A stretch of DNA of 64,000 bases, from positions 21,452,001 through 21,516,000 of the forward strand of contig OZ059895.1 of the NCBI GenBank assembly GCA_964057225.1, given 5' to 3'. The position numbers and the translations under genes were made by a program. Of this stretch, positions 26,990 through 40,800 are shown in pieces (position 1 is the stretch's first letter; each line of letters begins with the position of its first letter). A model generated the notes under the pieces. It was not told the origin of the DNA and did not search any database. It saw nothing but the letters and a program-made list of their open reading frames with translations. Source of the stretch: Auanema rhodensis. Lineage: Eukaryota > Animalia > Nematoda.

Positions 26990-29900
26990 ACCCTGAAGAA
27001 TTAATTTTTTCGTTGAATAACAATGTCCATCGTCTTTGCCTTGAAAAAAGGAATCTAAAAACATCTACTTTTTGCTAAATTATATTGAAATTTTTCGAAA
27101 AAATTTTTGTCAAAATGTTTTTGGAAGCAATGTTGAGTGTACATGGAAACTCAACATACACTAATGCATCATTTTTCAAACGATCATAACTAATTTTTCT
27201 ATAAAGCGTTTCTCAATGTAGTATAGTGCATTCGATGCGGATTTTTAAGCTGCGTCGATCTGTGTTATCAGATTTGCGCTAGCTTAAAAATGCACCGAGA
27301 TATCAACTGATATAAGTTCACACTTATATCCTCGATTTTCACCCTGAAGAATTGATTTTTTCGTTGAATAACATTGTCCATCGTCTTTGCCTTGAAAAAA
27401 GGAATCTAAAAACATCTACTTTTGCTAGATTATTTTGAAATTTCTCGAAAAAATTTTTGTCAAAATGTTTTTGGAAGCAATGTTGAGTGTACATGGAAAC
27501 TCAACATACACTAATGCATCATTTTTCAAACGATCATAACTAATTTTTCTATAAAGCGTTTCTCAATGTAGTATAGTGCATTCGATGCGGATTTTTAAGC
27601 TGCGTCGATCTGTGTTATCAGATTTGCGCTAGCTTAAAAATGCACCGAGATATCAACTGATATAAGTTCACACTTATATCCTCGATTTTCACCCTGAAGA
27701 ATTAATTTTTTCGTTGAATAACAATGTCCATCGTCTTTGCCTTGAAAAAAGGAATCTAAAAACATCTACTTTTTGCTAAATTATATTGAAATTTTTCGAA
27801 AAAATTTTTGTCAAAATGTTTTTGGAAGCAATGTTGAGTGTACATGGAAACTCAACATACACTAATGCATCATTTTTCAAACGATCATAACTAATTTTTC
27901 TATAAAGCGTTTCTCAATGTAGTATAGTGCATTCGATGCGGATTTTTAAGCTGCGTCGATCTGTGTTATCAGATTTGCGCTAGCTTAAAAATGCACCGAG
28001 ATATCAACTGATATAAGTTCACACTTATATCCTCGATTTTCACCCTGAAGAATTGATTTTTTCGTTGAATAACATTGTCCATCGTCTTTGCCTTGAAAAA
28101 AGGAATCTAAAAACATCTACTTTTGCTAGATTATTTTGAAATTTCTCGAAAAAATTTTTGTCAAAATGTTTTTGGAAGCAATGTTGAGTGTACATGGAAA
28201 CTCAACATACACTAATGCATCATTTTTCAAACGATCATAACTAATTTTTCTATAAAGCGTTTCTCAATGTAGTATAGTGCATTCGATGCGGATTTTTAAG
28301 CTGCGTCGATCTGTGTTATCAGATTTGCGCTAGCTTAAAAATGCACCGAGATATCAACTGATATAAGTTCACACTTATATCCTCGATTTTCACCCTGAAG
28401 AATTGATTTTTTCGTTGAATAACATTGTCCATCGTCTTTGCCTTGAAAAAAGGAATCTAAAAACATCTACTTTTGCTAGATTATTTTGAAATTTCTCGAA
28501 AAAATTTTTGTCAAAATGTTTTTGGAAGCAATGTTGAGTGTACATGGAAACTCAACATACACTAATGCATCATTTTTCAAACGATCATAACTAATTTTTC
28601 TATAAAGCGTTTCTCAATGTAGTATAGTGCATTCGATGCGGATTTTTAAGCTGCGTCGATCTGTGTTATCAGATTTGCGCTAGCTTAAAAATGCACCGAG
28701 ATATCAACTGATATAAGTTCACACTTATATCCTCGATTTTCACCCTGAAGAATTAATTTTTTCGTTGAATAACAATGTCCATCGTCTTTGCCTTGAAAAA
28801 AGGAATCTAAAAACATCTACTTTTTGCTAAATTATATTGAAATTTTTCGAAAAAATTTTTGTCAAAATGTTTTTGGAAGCAATGTTGAGTGTACATGGAA
28901 ACTCAACATACACTAATGCATCATTTTTCAAACGATCATAACTAATTTTTCTATAAAGCGTTTCTCAATGTAGTATAGTGCATTCGATGCGGATTTTTAA
29001 GCTGCGTCGATCTGTGTTATCAGATTTGCGCTAGCTTAAAAATGCACCGAGATATCAACTGATATAAGTTCACACTTATATCCTCGATTTTCACCCTGAA
29101 GAATTGATTTTTTCGTTGAATAACATTGTCCATCGTCTTTGCCTTGAAAAAAGGAATCTAAAAACATCTACTTTTGCTAGATTATTTCGAAATTTCTCGA
29201 AAAAATTTTTGTCAAAATGTTTTTGGAAGCAATGTTGAGTGTACATGGAAACTCAACATACACTAATGCATCATTTTTCAAACGATCATAACTAATTTTT
29301 CTATAAAGCGTTTCTCAATGTAGTATAGTGCATTCGATGCGGATTTTTAAGCTGCGTCGATCTGTGTTATCAGATTTGCGCTAGCTTAAAAATGCACCGA
29401 GATATCAACTGATATAAGTTCACACTTATATCCTCGATTTTCACCCTGAAGAATTAATTTTTTCGTTGAATAACAATGTCCATCGTCTTTGCCTTGAAAA
29501 AAGGAATCTAAAAACATCTACTTTTTGCTAAATTATATTGAAATTTTTCGAAAAAATTTTTGTCAAAATGTTTTTGGAAGCAATGTTGAGTGTACATGGA
29601 AACTCAACATACACTAATGCATCATTTTTCAAACGATCATAACTAATTTTTCTATAAAGCGTTTCTCAATGTAGTATAGTGCATTCGATGCGGATTTTTA
29701 AGCTGCGTCGATCTGTGTTATCAGATTTGCGCTAGCTTAAAAATGCACCGAGATATCAACTGATATAAGTTCACACTTATATCCTCGATTTTCACCCTGA
29801 AGAATTGATTTTTTCGTTGAATAACATTGTCCATCGTCTTTGCCTTGAAAAAAGGAATCTAAAAACATCTACTTTTGCTAGATTATTTTGAAATTTCTCG

Positions 29901-32900
29901 AAAAAATTTTTGTCAAAATGTTTTTGGAAGCAATGTTGAGTGTACATGGAAACTCAACATACACTAATGCATCATTTTTCAAACGATCATAACTAATTTT
30001 TCTATAAAGCGTTTCTCAATGTAGTATAGTGCATTCGATGCGGATTTTTAAGCTGCGTCGATCTGTGTTATCAGATTTGCGCTAGCTTAAAAATGCACCG
30101 AGATATCAACTGATATAAGTTCACACTTATATCCTCGATTTTCACCCTGAAGAATTAATTTTTTCGTTGAATAACATTGTCCATCGTCTTTGCCTTGAAA
30201 AAAGGAATCTAAAAACATCTACTTTTTGATAAATTATTTTAAAATTTTTCGAAAAAATTTTTGTCAAAATGTTTTTGGAAGCAATGTTGAGTGTACATGG
30301 AAACTCAACATACACTAATGCATAATTTTTCAAACGATCATAACTAATTTTTCTATAAAGCGTTTCTCAATGTAGTATAGTGCATTCGATGCGGATTTTT
30401 AAGCTGCGTCGATCTGTGTTCTCAGATTTGCGCTAGCTTAAAAATGCACCGAGATATCAACTGATATAAGTTCACACTTATATCCTCGATTTTCACCCTG
30501 AAGAATTAATTTTTTCGTTGAATAACATTGTCCATCGTCTTTGCCTTAAAAAAAGGAATCTAAAAACATCTACTTTTTGATAAATTATTTTAAAATTTCT
30601 CGAAAAAATTTTTGTCAAAATGTTTTTGGAAGCAATGTTGAGTGTACATGGAAACTCAACATACACTAATGCATCATTTTTCAAACGATCATAACTAATT
30701 TTTCTATAAAGCGTTTCTCAATGTAGTATAGTGCATTCGATGCGGATTTTTAAGCTGCGTCGATCTGTGTTATCAGATTTGCGCTAGCTTAAAAATGCAC
30801 CGAGATATCAACTGATATAAGTCCACACTTATATCCTCGATTTTCACCCTGAAGAATTAATTTTTTCGTTGAATAACATTGTCCATCGTCTTTGCCTTGA
30901 AAAAAGGAATCTAAAAACATCTACTTTTTGATAAATTATTTTAAAATTTTTCGAAAAAATTTTTGTCAAAATGTTTTTGGAAGCAATGTTGAGTGTACAT
31001 GGAAACTCAACATACACTAATGCATCATTTTTCAAACGATCATAACTAATTTTTCTATAAAGCGTTTCTCAATGTAGTATAGTGCATTCGATGCGGATTT
31101 TTAAGCTGCGTCGATCTGTGTTATCAGATTTGCGCTAGCTTAAAAATGCACCGAGATATCAACTGATATAAGTTCACACTTATATCCTCGATTTTCACCC
31201 TGAAGAATTGATTTTTTCGTTGAATAACATTGTCCATCGTCTTTGCCTTGAAAAAAGGAATCTAAAAACATCTACTTTTTGCTAAATTATATTGAAATTT
31301 TTCGAAAAAATTTTTGTCAAAATGTTTTTGGAAGCAATGTTGAGTGTACATGGAAACTCAACATACACTAATGCATCATTTTTCAAACGATCATAACTAA
31401 TTTTTCTATAAAGCGTTTCTCAATGTAGTATAGTGCATTCGATGCGGATTTTTAAGCTGCGTCGATCTGTGTTATCAGATTTGCGCTAGCTTAAAAATGC
31501 ACCGAGATATCAACTGATATAAGTTCACACTTATATCCTCGATTTTCACCCTGAAGAATTGATTTTTTCGTTGAATAACATTGTCCATCGTCTTTGCCTT
31601 GAAAAAAGGAATCTAAAAACATCTACTTTTGCTAGATTATTTTGAAATTTCTCGAAAAAATTTTTGTCAAAATGTTTTTGGAAGCAATGTTGAGTGTACA
31701 TGGAAACTCAACATACACTAATGCATCATTTTTCAAACGATCATAACTAATTTTTCTATAAAGCGTTTCTCAATGTAGTATAGTGCATTCGATGCGGATT
31801 TTTAAGCTGCGTCGATCTGTGTTATCAGATTTGCGCTAGCTTAAAAATGCACCGAGATATCAACTGATATAAGTTCACACTTATATCCTCGATTTTCACC
31901 CTGAAGAATTAATTTTTTCGTTGAATAACAATGTCCATCGTCTTTGCCTTGAAAAAAGGAATCTAAAAACATCTACTTTTTGCTAAATTATATTGAAATT
32001 TTTCGAAAAAATTTTTGTCAAAATGTTTTTGGAAGCAATGTTGAGTGTACATGGAAACTCAACATACACTAATGCATCATTTTTCAAACGATCATAACTA
32101 ATTTTTCTATAAAGCGTTTCTCAATGTAGTATAGTGCATTCGATGCGGATTTTTAAGCTGCGTCGATCTGTGTTATCAGATTTGCGCTAGCTTAAAAATG
32201 CACCGAGATATCAACTGATATAAGTTCACACTTATATCCTCGATTTTCACCCTGAAGAATTGATTTTTTCGTTGAATAACATTGTCCATCGTCTTTGCCT
32301 TGAAAAAAGGAATCTAAAAACATCTACTTTTGCTAGATTATTTTGAAATTTCTCGAAAAAATTTTTGTCAAAATGTTTTTGGAAGCAATGTTGAGTGTAC
32401 ATGGAAACTCAACATACACTAATGCATCATTTTTCAAACGATCATAACTAATTTTTCTATAAAGCGTTTCTCAATGTAGTATAGTGCATTCGATGCGGAT
32501 TTTTAAGCTGCGTCGATCTGTGTTATCAGATTTGCGCTAGCTTAAAAATGCACCGAGATATCAACTGATATAAGTTCACACTTATATCCTCGATTTTCAC
32601 CCTGAAGAATTAATTTTTTCGTTGAATAACAATGTCCATCGTCTTTGCCTTGAAAAAAGGAATCTAAAAACATCTACTTTTTGCTAAATTATATTGAAAT
32701 TTTTCGAAAAAATTTTTGTCAAAATGTTTTTGGAAGCAATGTTGAGTGTACATGGAAACTCAACATACACTAATGCATCATTTTTCAAACGATCATAACT
32801 AATTTTTCTATAAAGCGTTTCTCAATGTAGTATAGTGCATTCGATGCGGATTTTTAAGCTGCGTCGATCTGTGTTATCAGATTTGCGCTAGCTTAAAAAT

Positions 32901-33990
32901 GCACCGAGATATCAACTGATATAAGTTCACACTTATATCCTCGATTTTCACCCTGAAGAATTGATTTTTTCGTTGAATAACATTGTCCATCGTCTTTGCC
33001 TTGAAAAAAGGAATCTAAAAACATCTACTTTTGCTAGATTATTTTGAAATTTCTCGAAAAAATTTTTGTCAAAATGTTTTTGGAAGCAATGTTGAGTGTA
33101 CATGGAAACTCAACATACACTAATGCATCATTTTTCAAACGATCATAACTAATTTTTCTATAAAGCGTTTCTCAATGTAGTATAGTGCATTCGATGCGGA
33201 TTTTTAAGCTGCGTCGATCTGTGTTATCAGATTTGCGCTAGCTTAAAAATGCACCGAGATATCAACTGATATAAGTTCACACTTATATCCTCGATTTTCA
33301 CCCTGAAGAATTAATTTTTTCGTTGAATAACAATGTCCATCGTCTTTGCCTTGAAAAAAGGAATCTAAAAACATCTACTTTTTGCTAAATTATATTGAAA
33401 TTTTTCGAAAAAATTTTTGTCAAAATGTTTTTGGAAGCAATGTTGAGTGTACATGGAAACTCAACATACACTAATGCATCATTTTTCAAACGATCATAAC
33501 TAATTTTTCTATAAAGCGTTTCTCAATGTAGTATAGTGCATTCGATGCGGATTTTTAAGCTGCGTCGATCTGTGTTATCAGATTTGCGCTAGCTTAAAAA
33601 TGCACCGAGATATCAACTGATATAAGTTCACACTTATATCCTCGATTTTCACCCTGAAGAATTGATTTTTTCGTTGAATAACATTGTCCATCGTCTTTGC
33701 CTTGAAAAAAGGAATCTAAAAACATCTACTTTTGCTAGATTATTTTGAAATTTCTCGAAAAAATTTTTGTCAAAATGTTTTTGGAAGCAATGTTGAGTGT
33801 ACATGGAAACTCAACATACACTAATGCATCATTTTTCAAACGATCATAACTAATTTTTCTATAAAGCGTTTCTCAATGTAGTATAGTGCATTCGATGCGG
33901 ATTTTTAAGCTGCGTCGATCTGTGTTATCAGATTTGCGCTAGCTTAAAAATGCACCGAGATATCAACTGATATAAGTTCACACTTATATC
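26990..33990. repeat. Alternating two-monomer (X 351 + Y 350 = 701 bp) higher-order repeat domain, interrupted at ~30140-31200
   Basis: The X marker aacaatgtcc sits at 27019, 27720, 28771, 29472, 31927, 32628 and 33329, mostly 701 bp apart. It alternates with the Y type (aattga...cttttgctagattattttgaaatttctcg). Confidence 0.85.
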
Positions 33991-36900
33991 CTCGATTTTC
34001 ACCCTGAAGAATTAATTTTTTCGTTGAATAACATTGTCCATCGTCTTTGCCTTGAAAAAAGGAATCTAAAAACATCTACTTTTTGATAAATTATTTTAAA
34101 ATTTTTCGAAAAAATTTTTGTCAAAATGTTTTTGGAAGCAATGTTGAGTGTACATGGAAACTCAACATACACTAATGCATAATTTTTCAAACGATCATAA
34201 CTAATTTTTCTATAAAGCGTTTCTCAATGTAGTATAGTGCATTCGATGCGGATTTTTAAGCTGCGTCGATCTGTGTTCTCAGATTTGCGCTAGCTTAAAA
34301 ATGCACCGAGATATCAACTGATATAAGTTCACACTTATATCCTCGATTTTCACCCTGAAGAATTAATTTTTTCGTTGAATAACATTGTCCATCGTCTTTG
34401 CCTTAAAAAAAGGAATCTAAAAACATCTACTTTTTGATAAATTATTTTAAAATTTCTCGAAAAAATTTTTGTCAAAATGTTTTTGAAAGCAATGTTGAGT
34501 GTACATGGAAACTCAACATACACTAATGCATCATTTTTCAAACGATCATAACTAATTTTTCTATAAAGCGTTTCTCAATGTAGTATAGTGCATTCGATGC
34601 GGATTTTTAAGCTGCGTCGATCTGTGTTATCAGATTTGCGCTAGCTTAAAAATGCACCGAGATATCAACTGATATAAGTTCACACTTATATCCTCGATTT
34701 TCACCCTGAAGAATTAATTTTTTCGTTGAATAACATTGTCCATCGTCTTTGCCTTGAAAAAAGGAATCTAAAAACATCTACTTTTTGATAAATTATTTTA
34801 AAATTTTTCGAAAAAATTTTTGTCAAAATGTTTTTGGAAGCAATGTTGAGTGTACATGGAAACTCAACATACACTAATGCATAATTTTTCAAACGATCAT
34901 AACTAATTTTTCTATAAAGCGTTTCTCAATGTAGTATAGTGCATTCGATGCGGATTTTTAAGCTGCGTCGATCTGTGTTCTCAGATTTGCGCTAGCTTAA
35001 AAATGCACCGAGATATCAACTGATATAAGTTCAAACTTATATCCTCGATTTTCACCCTGAAGAATTAATTTTTTCGTTGAATAACATTGTCCATCGTCTT
35101 TGCCTTAAAAAAAGGAATCTAAAAACATCTACTTTTTGATAAATTATTTTAAAATTTCTCGAAAAAATTTTTGTCAAAATGTTTTTGGAAGCAATGTTGA
35201 GTGTACATGGAAACTCAACATACACTAATGCATCATTTTTCAAACGATCATAACTAATTTTTCTATAAAGCGTTTCTCAATGTAGTATAGTGCATTCGAT
35301 GCGGATTTTTAAGCTGCGTCGATCTGTGTTATCAGATTTGCGCTAGCTTAAAAATGCACCGAGATATCAACTGATATAAGTCCACACTTATATCCTCGAT
35401 TTTCACCCTGAAGAATTAATTTTTTCGTTGAATAACATTGTCCATCGTCTTTGCCTTGAAAAAAGGAATCTAAAAACATCTACTTTTTGATAAATTATTT
35501 TAAAATTTTTCGAAAAAATTTTTGTCAAAATGTTTTTGGAAGCAATGTTGAGTGTATATGGAAACTCAACATACACTAATGCATCATTTTTCAAACGATC
35601 ATAACTAATTTTTCTATAAAGCGTTTCTCAATGTAGTATAGTGCATTCGATGCGGATTTTTAAGCTGCGTCGATCTGTGTTATCAGATTTGCGCTAGCTT
35701 AAAAATGCACCGAGATATCAACTGATATAAGTTCACACTTATATCCTCGATTTTCACCCTGAAGAATTGATTTTTTCGTTGAATAACATTGTCCATCGTC
35801 TTTGCCTTGAAAAAAGGAATCTAAAAACATCTACTTTTGCTAGATTATTTTGAAATTTCTCGAAAAAATTTTTGTCAAAATGTTTTTGGAAGCAATGTTG
35901 AGTGTACATGGAAACTCAACATACACTAATGCATCATTTTTCAAACGATCATAACTAATTTTTCTATAAAGCGTTTCTCAATGTAGTATAGTGCATTCGA
36001 TGCGGATTTTTAAGCTGCGTCGATCTGTGTTATCAGATTTGCGCTAGCTTAAAAATGCACCGAGATATCAACTGATATAAGTTCACACTTATATCCTCGA
36101 TTTTCACCCTGAAGAATTAATTTTATCGTTGAATAACAATGTCCATCGTCTTTGCCTTGAAAAAAGGAATCTAAAAACATCTACTTTTTGCTAAATTATA
36201 TTGAAATTTTTCGAAAAAATTTTTGTCAAAATGTTTTTGGAAGCAATGTTGAGTGTACATGGAAACTCAACATACACTAATGCATCATTTTTCAAACGAT
36301 CATAACTAATTTTTCTATAAAGCGTTTCTCAATGTAGTATAGTGCATTCGATGCGGATTTTTAAGCTGCGTCGATCTGTGTTATCAGATTTGCGCTAGCT
36401 TAAAAATGCACCGAGATATCAACTGATATAAGTTCACACTTATATCCTCGATTTTCACCCTGAAGAATTGATTTTTTCGTTGAATAACATTGTCCATCGT
36501 CTTTGCCTTGAAAAAAGGAATCTAAAAACATCTACTTTTGCTAGATTATTTTGAAATTTCTCGAAAAAATTTTTGTCAAAATGTTTTTGGAAGCAATGTT
36601 GAGTGTACATGGAAACTCAACATACACTAATGCATCATTTTTCAAACGATCATAACTAATTTTTCTATAAAGCGTTTCTCAATGTAGTATAGTGCATTCG
36701 ATGCGGATTTTTAAGCTGCGTCGATCTGTGTTATCAGATTTGCGCTAGCTTAAAAATGCACCGAGATATCAACTGATATAAGTTCACACTTATATCCTCG
36801 ATTTTCACCCTGAAGAATTAATTTTTTCGTTGAATAACATTGTCCATCGTCTTTGCCTTGAAAAAAGGAATCTAAAAACATCTACTTTTTGATAAATTAT

Positions 36901-37857
36901 TTTAAAATTTTTCGAAAAAATTTTTGTCAAAATGTTTTTGGAAGCAATGTTGAGTGTACATGGAAACTCAACATACACTAATGCATAATTTTTCAAACGA
37001 TCATAACTAATTTTTCTATAAAGCGTTTCTTAATGTAGTATAGTGCATTCGATGCGGATTTTTAAGCTGCGTCGATCTGTGTTCTCAGATTTGCGCTAGC
37101 TTAAAAATGCACCGAGATATCAACTGATATAAGTTCACACTTATATCCTCGATTTTCACCCTGAAGAATTAATTTTTTCGTTGAATAACATTGTCCATCG
37201 TCTTTGCCTTAAAAAAAGGAATCTAAAAACATCTACTTTTTGATAAATTATTTTAAAATTTCTCGAAAAAATTTTTGTCAAAATTTTTTTGGAAGCAATG
37301 TTGAGTGTACATGGAAACTCAACATACACTAATGCATCATTTTTCAAACGATCATAACTAATTTTTCTATAAAGCGTTTCTCAATGTAGTATAGTGCATT
37401 CGATGCGGATTTTTAAGCTGCGTCGATCTGTGTTATCAGATTTGCGCTAGCTTAAAAATGCACCGAGATATCAACTGATATAAGTCCACACTTATATCCT
37501 CGATTTTCACCCTGAAGAATTAATTTTTTCGTTGAATAACATTGTCCATCGTCTTTGCCTTGAAAAAAGGAATCTAAAAACATCTACTTTTTGATAAATT
37601 ATTTTAAAATTTTTCGAAAAAATTTTTGTCAAAATGTTTTTGGAAGCAATGTTGAGTGTACATGGAAACTCAACATACACTAATGCATCATTTTTCAAAC
37701 GATCATAACTAATTTTTCTATAAAGCGTTTCTCAATGTAGTATAGTGCATTCGATGCGGATTTTTAAGCTGCGTCGATCTGTGTTATCAGATTTGCGCTA
37801 GCTTAAAAATGCACCGAGATATCAACTGATATAAGTTCACACTTATATCCTCGATTT

Positions 37858-40800
37858 TCACCCTGAAGAAATGATTTTTTCGTTGAATAACATTGTCCAT
37901 CGTCTTTGCCTTGAAAAAAGGAATCTAAAAACATCTACTTTTTGATAAATTATTTTAAAATTTCTCGAAAAAATTTTTGTCAAAATGTTTTTGGAAGCAA
38001 TGTTGAGTGTACATGGAAACTCAACATACACTAATGCATCATTTTTCAAACGATCATAACTAATTTTTCTATAAAGCGTTTCTCAATGTAGTATAGTGCA
38101 TTCGATGCGGATTTTTAAGCTGCGTCGATCTGTGTTATCAGATTTGCGCTAGCTTAAAAATGCACCGAGATATCAACTGATATAAGTTCACACTTATATC
38201 CTCGATTTTCACCCTGAAGAATTGATTTTTTCGTTGAATAACATTGTCCATCGTCTTTGCCTTGAAAAAAGGAATCTGAAAACATCTACTTTTGCTAGAT
38301 TATTTTGAAATTTCTCGAAAAAATTTTTGTCAAAATGTTTTTGGAAGCAATGTTGAGTGTACATGGAAACTCAACATACACTAATGCATCATTTTTCAAA
38401 CGATCATAACTAATTTTTCTATAAAGCGTTTCTCAATGTAGTATAGTGCATTCGATGCGGATTTTTAAGCTGCGTCGATCTGTGTTATCAGATTTCCGCT
38501 AGCTTAAAAATGCACCGAGATATCAACTGATATAAGTTCACACTTATATCCTCGATTTTCACCCTGAAGAATTAATTTTTTCGTTGAATAACATTGTCCA
38601 TCGTCTTTGCCTTGAAAAAAGGAATCTAAAAACATCTACTTTTTCATAAATTATTTTAAAATTTTTCGAAAAAATTTTTGTCAAAATGTTTTGGAAGCAA
38701 TGTTGAGTGTACATGGAAACTCAACATACACTAATGCATAATTTTTCAAACGATCATAACTAATTTTTCTATAAAGCGTTTCTCAATGTAGTATAGTGCA
38801 TTCGATGCGGATTTTTAAGCTGCGTCGATCTGTGTTATCAGATTTGCGCTAGCTTAAAAATGCACCGAGATATCAACTGATATAAGTTCACACTTATATC
38901 CTCGATTTTCACCCTGAAGAATTAATTTTTTCGTTGAATAACAATGTCCATCGTCTTTGCCTTGAAAAAAGGAATCTAAAAACATCTACTTTTTGCTAAA
39001 TTATATTGAAATTTTTCGAAAAAATTTTTGTCAAAATGTTTTTGGAAGCAATGTTGAGTGTACATGGAAACTCAACATACACTAATGCATCATTTTTCAA
39101 ACGATCATAACTAATTTTTCTATAAAGCGTTTCTCAATGTAGTATAGTGCATTCGATGCGGATTTTTAAGCTGCGTCGATCTGTGTTATCAGATTTGCGC
39201 TAGCTTAAAAATGCACCGAGATATCAACTGATATAAGTTCACACTTATATCCTCGATTTTCAACCTGAAGAATTAATTTTTTCGTTGAATAACATTGTCC
39301 ATCGTCTTTGCCTTGAAAAAAGGAATCTAAAAACATCTACTTTTGCTAGATTATTTTGAAATTTCTCGAAAAAATTTTTGTCAAAATGTTTTTGGAAGCA
39401 ATGTTGAGTGTACATGGAAACTCAACATACAATAATGCATCATTTTTCAAACGATCATAACTAATTTTTCTATAAAGCGTTTCTCAATGTAGTATAGTGC
39501 ATTCGATGCGGATTTTTAAGCTGCGTCGATCTGTGTTATCAGATTTGCGCTAGCTTAAAAATGCACCGAGATATCAACTGATATAAGTTCACACTTATAT
39601 CCTCGATTTTCACCCTGAAGAATTGATTTTTTCGTTGAATAACATTGTCCATCGTCTTTGCCTTGAAAAAAGGAATCTAAAAACATCTACTTTTGCTGGA
39701 TTATTTTGAAATTTCTCGAAAAAATTTTTGTCAAAATGTTTTTGGAAGCAATGTTGAGTGTACATGGAAACTCAACATACACTAATGCATAATTTTTCAA
39801 ACGATCATAACTAATTTTTGTATTAAGCGTTTCTCAATGTAGTATAGTGCATTCGATGCGGATTTTTAAGCTGCGTCGATCTGTGTTATCAGATTTGCGC
39901 TAGCTTAAAAATGCACCGAGATATCAACTGATATAAGTTCACACTTATATCCTCGATTTTCACCCTGAAGAATTGATTTTTTCGTTGAATAACATTGTCC
40001 ATCGTCTTTGCCTTGAAAAAAAGAATCTAAAAACATCTACTTTTGCTAGATTATTTTGAAATTTCTCGAAAAAATTTTTGTCAAAATGTTTTTGGAAGCA
40101 ATGTTGAGTGTACATGGAAACTCAACATACACTAATGCATCATTTTTCAAACGATCATAACTAATTTTTCTATAAAGCGTTTCTCAATGTAGTATAGTGC
40201 ATTCGATGCGGATTTTTAAGCTGCGTCGATCTGTGTTATCAGATTTGCGCTAGCTTAAAAATGCACCGAGATATCAACTGATATAAGTTCACACTTATAT
40301 CCTCGATTTTCACCCTGAAGAATTAATTTTTTCGTTGAATAACATTGTCCATCGTCTTTGCCTTAAAAAAAGGAATCTAAAAACATCTACTTTTTGATAA
40401 ATTATTTTAAAATTTTTCGAAAAAATTTTTGTCAAAATGTTTTTGGAAGCAATGTTGAGTGTACATGGAAACTCAACATACACTAATGCATAATTTTTCA
40501 AACGATCATAACTAATTTTTCTATAAAGCGTTTCTCAATGTAGTATAGTGCATTCGATGCGGATTTTTAAGCTGCGTCGATCTGTGTTATCAGATTTGCG
40601 CTAGCTTAAAAATGCACCGAGATATCAACTGATATAAGTTCACACTTATATCCTCGATTTTCACCCTGAAGAATTGATTTTTTCGTTGAATAACATTGTC
40701 CATCGTCTTTGCCTTGAAAAAAGGAATCTAAAAACATCTACTTTTTGATAAATTATTTTAAAATTTCTCGAAAAAATTTTTGTCAAAATGTTTTTGGAAG

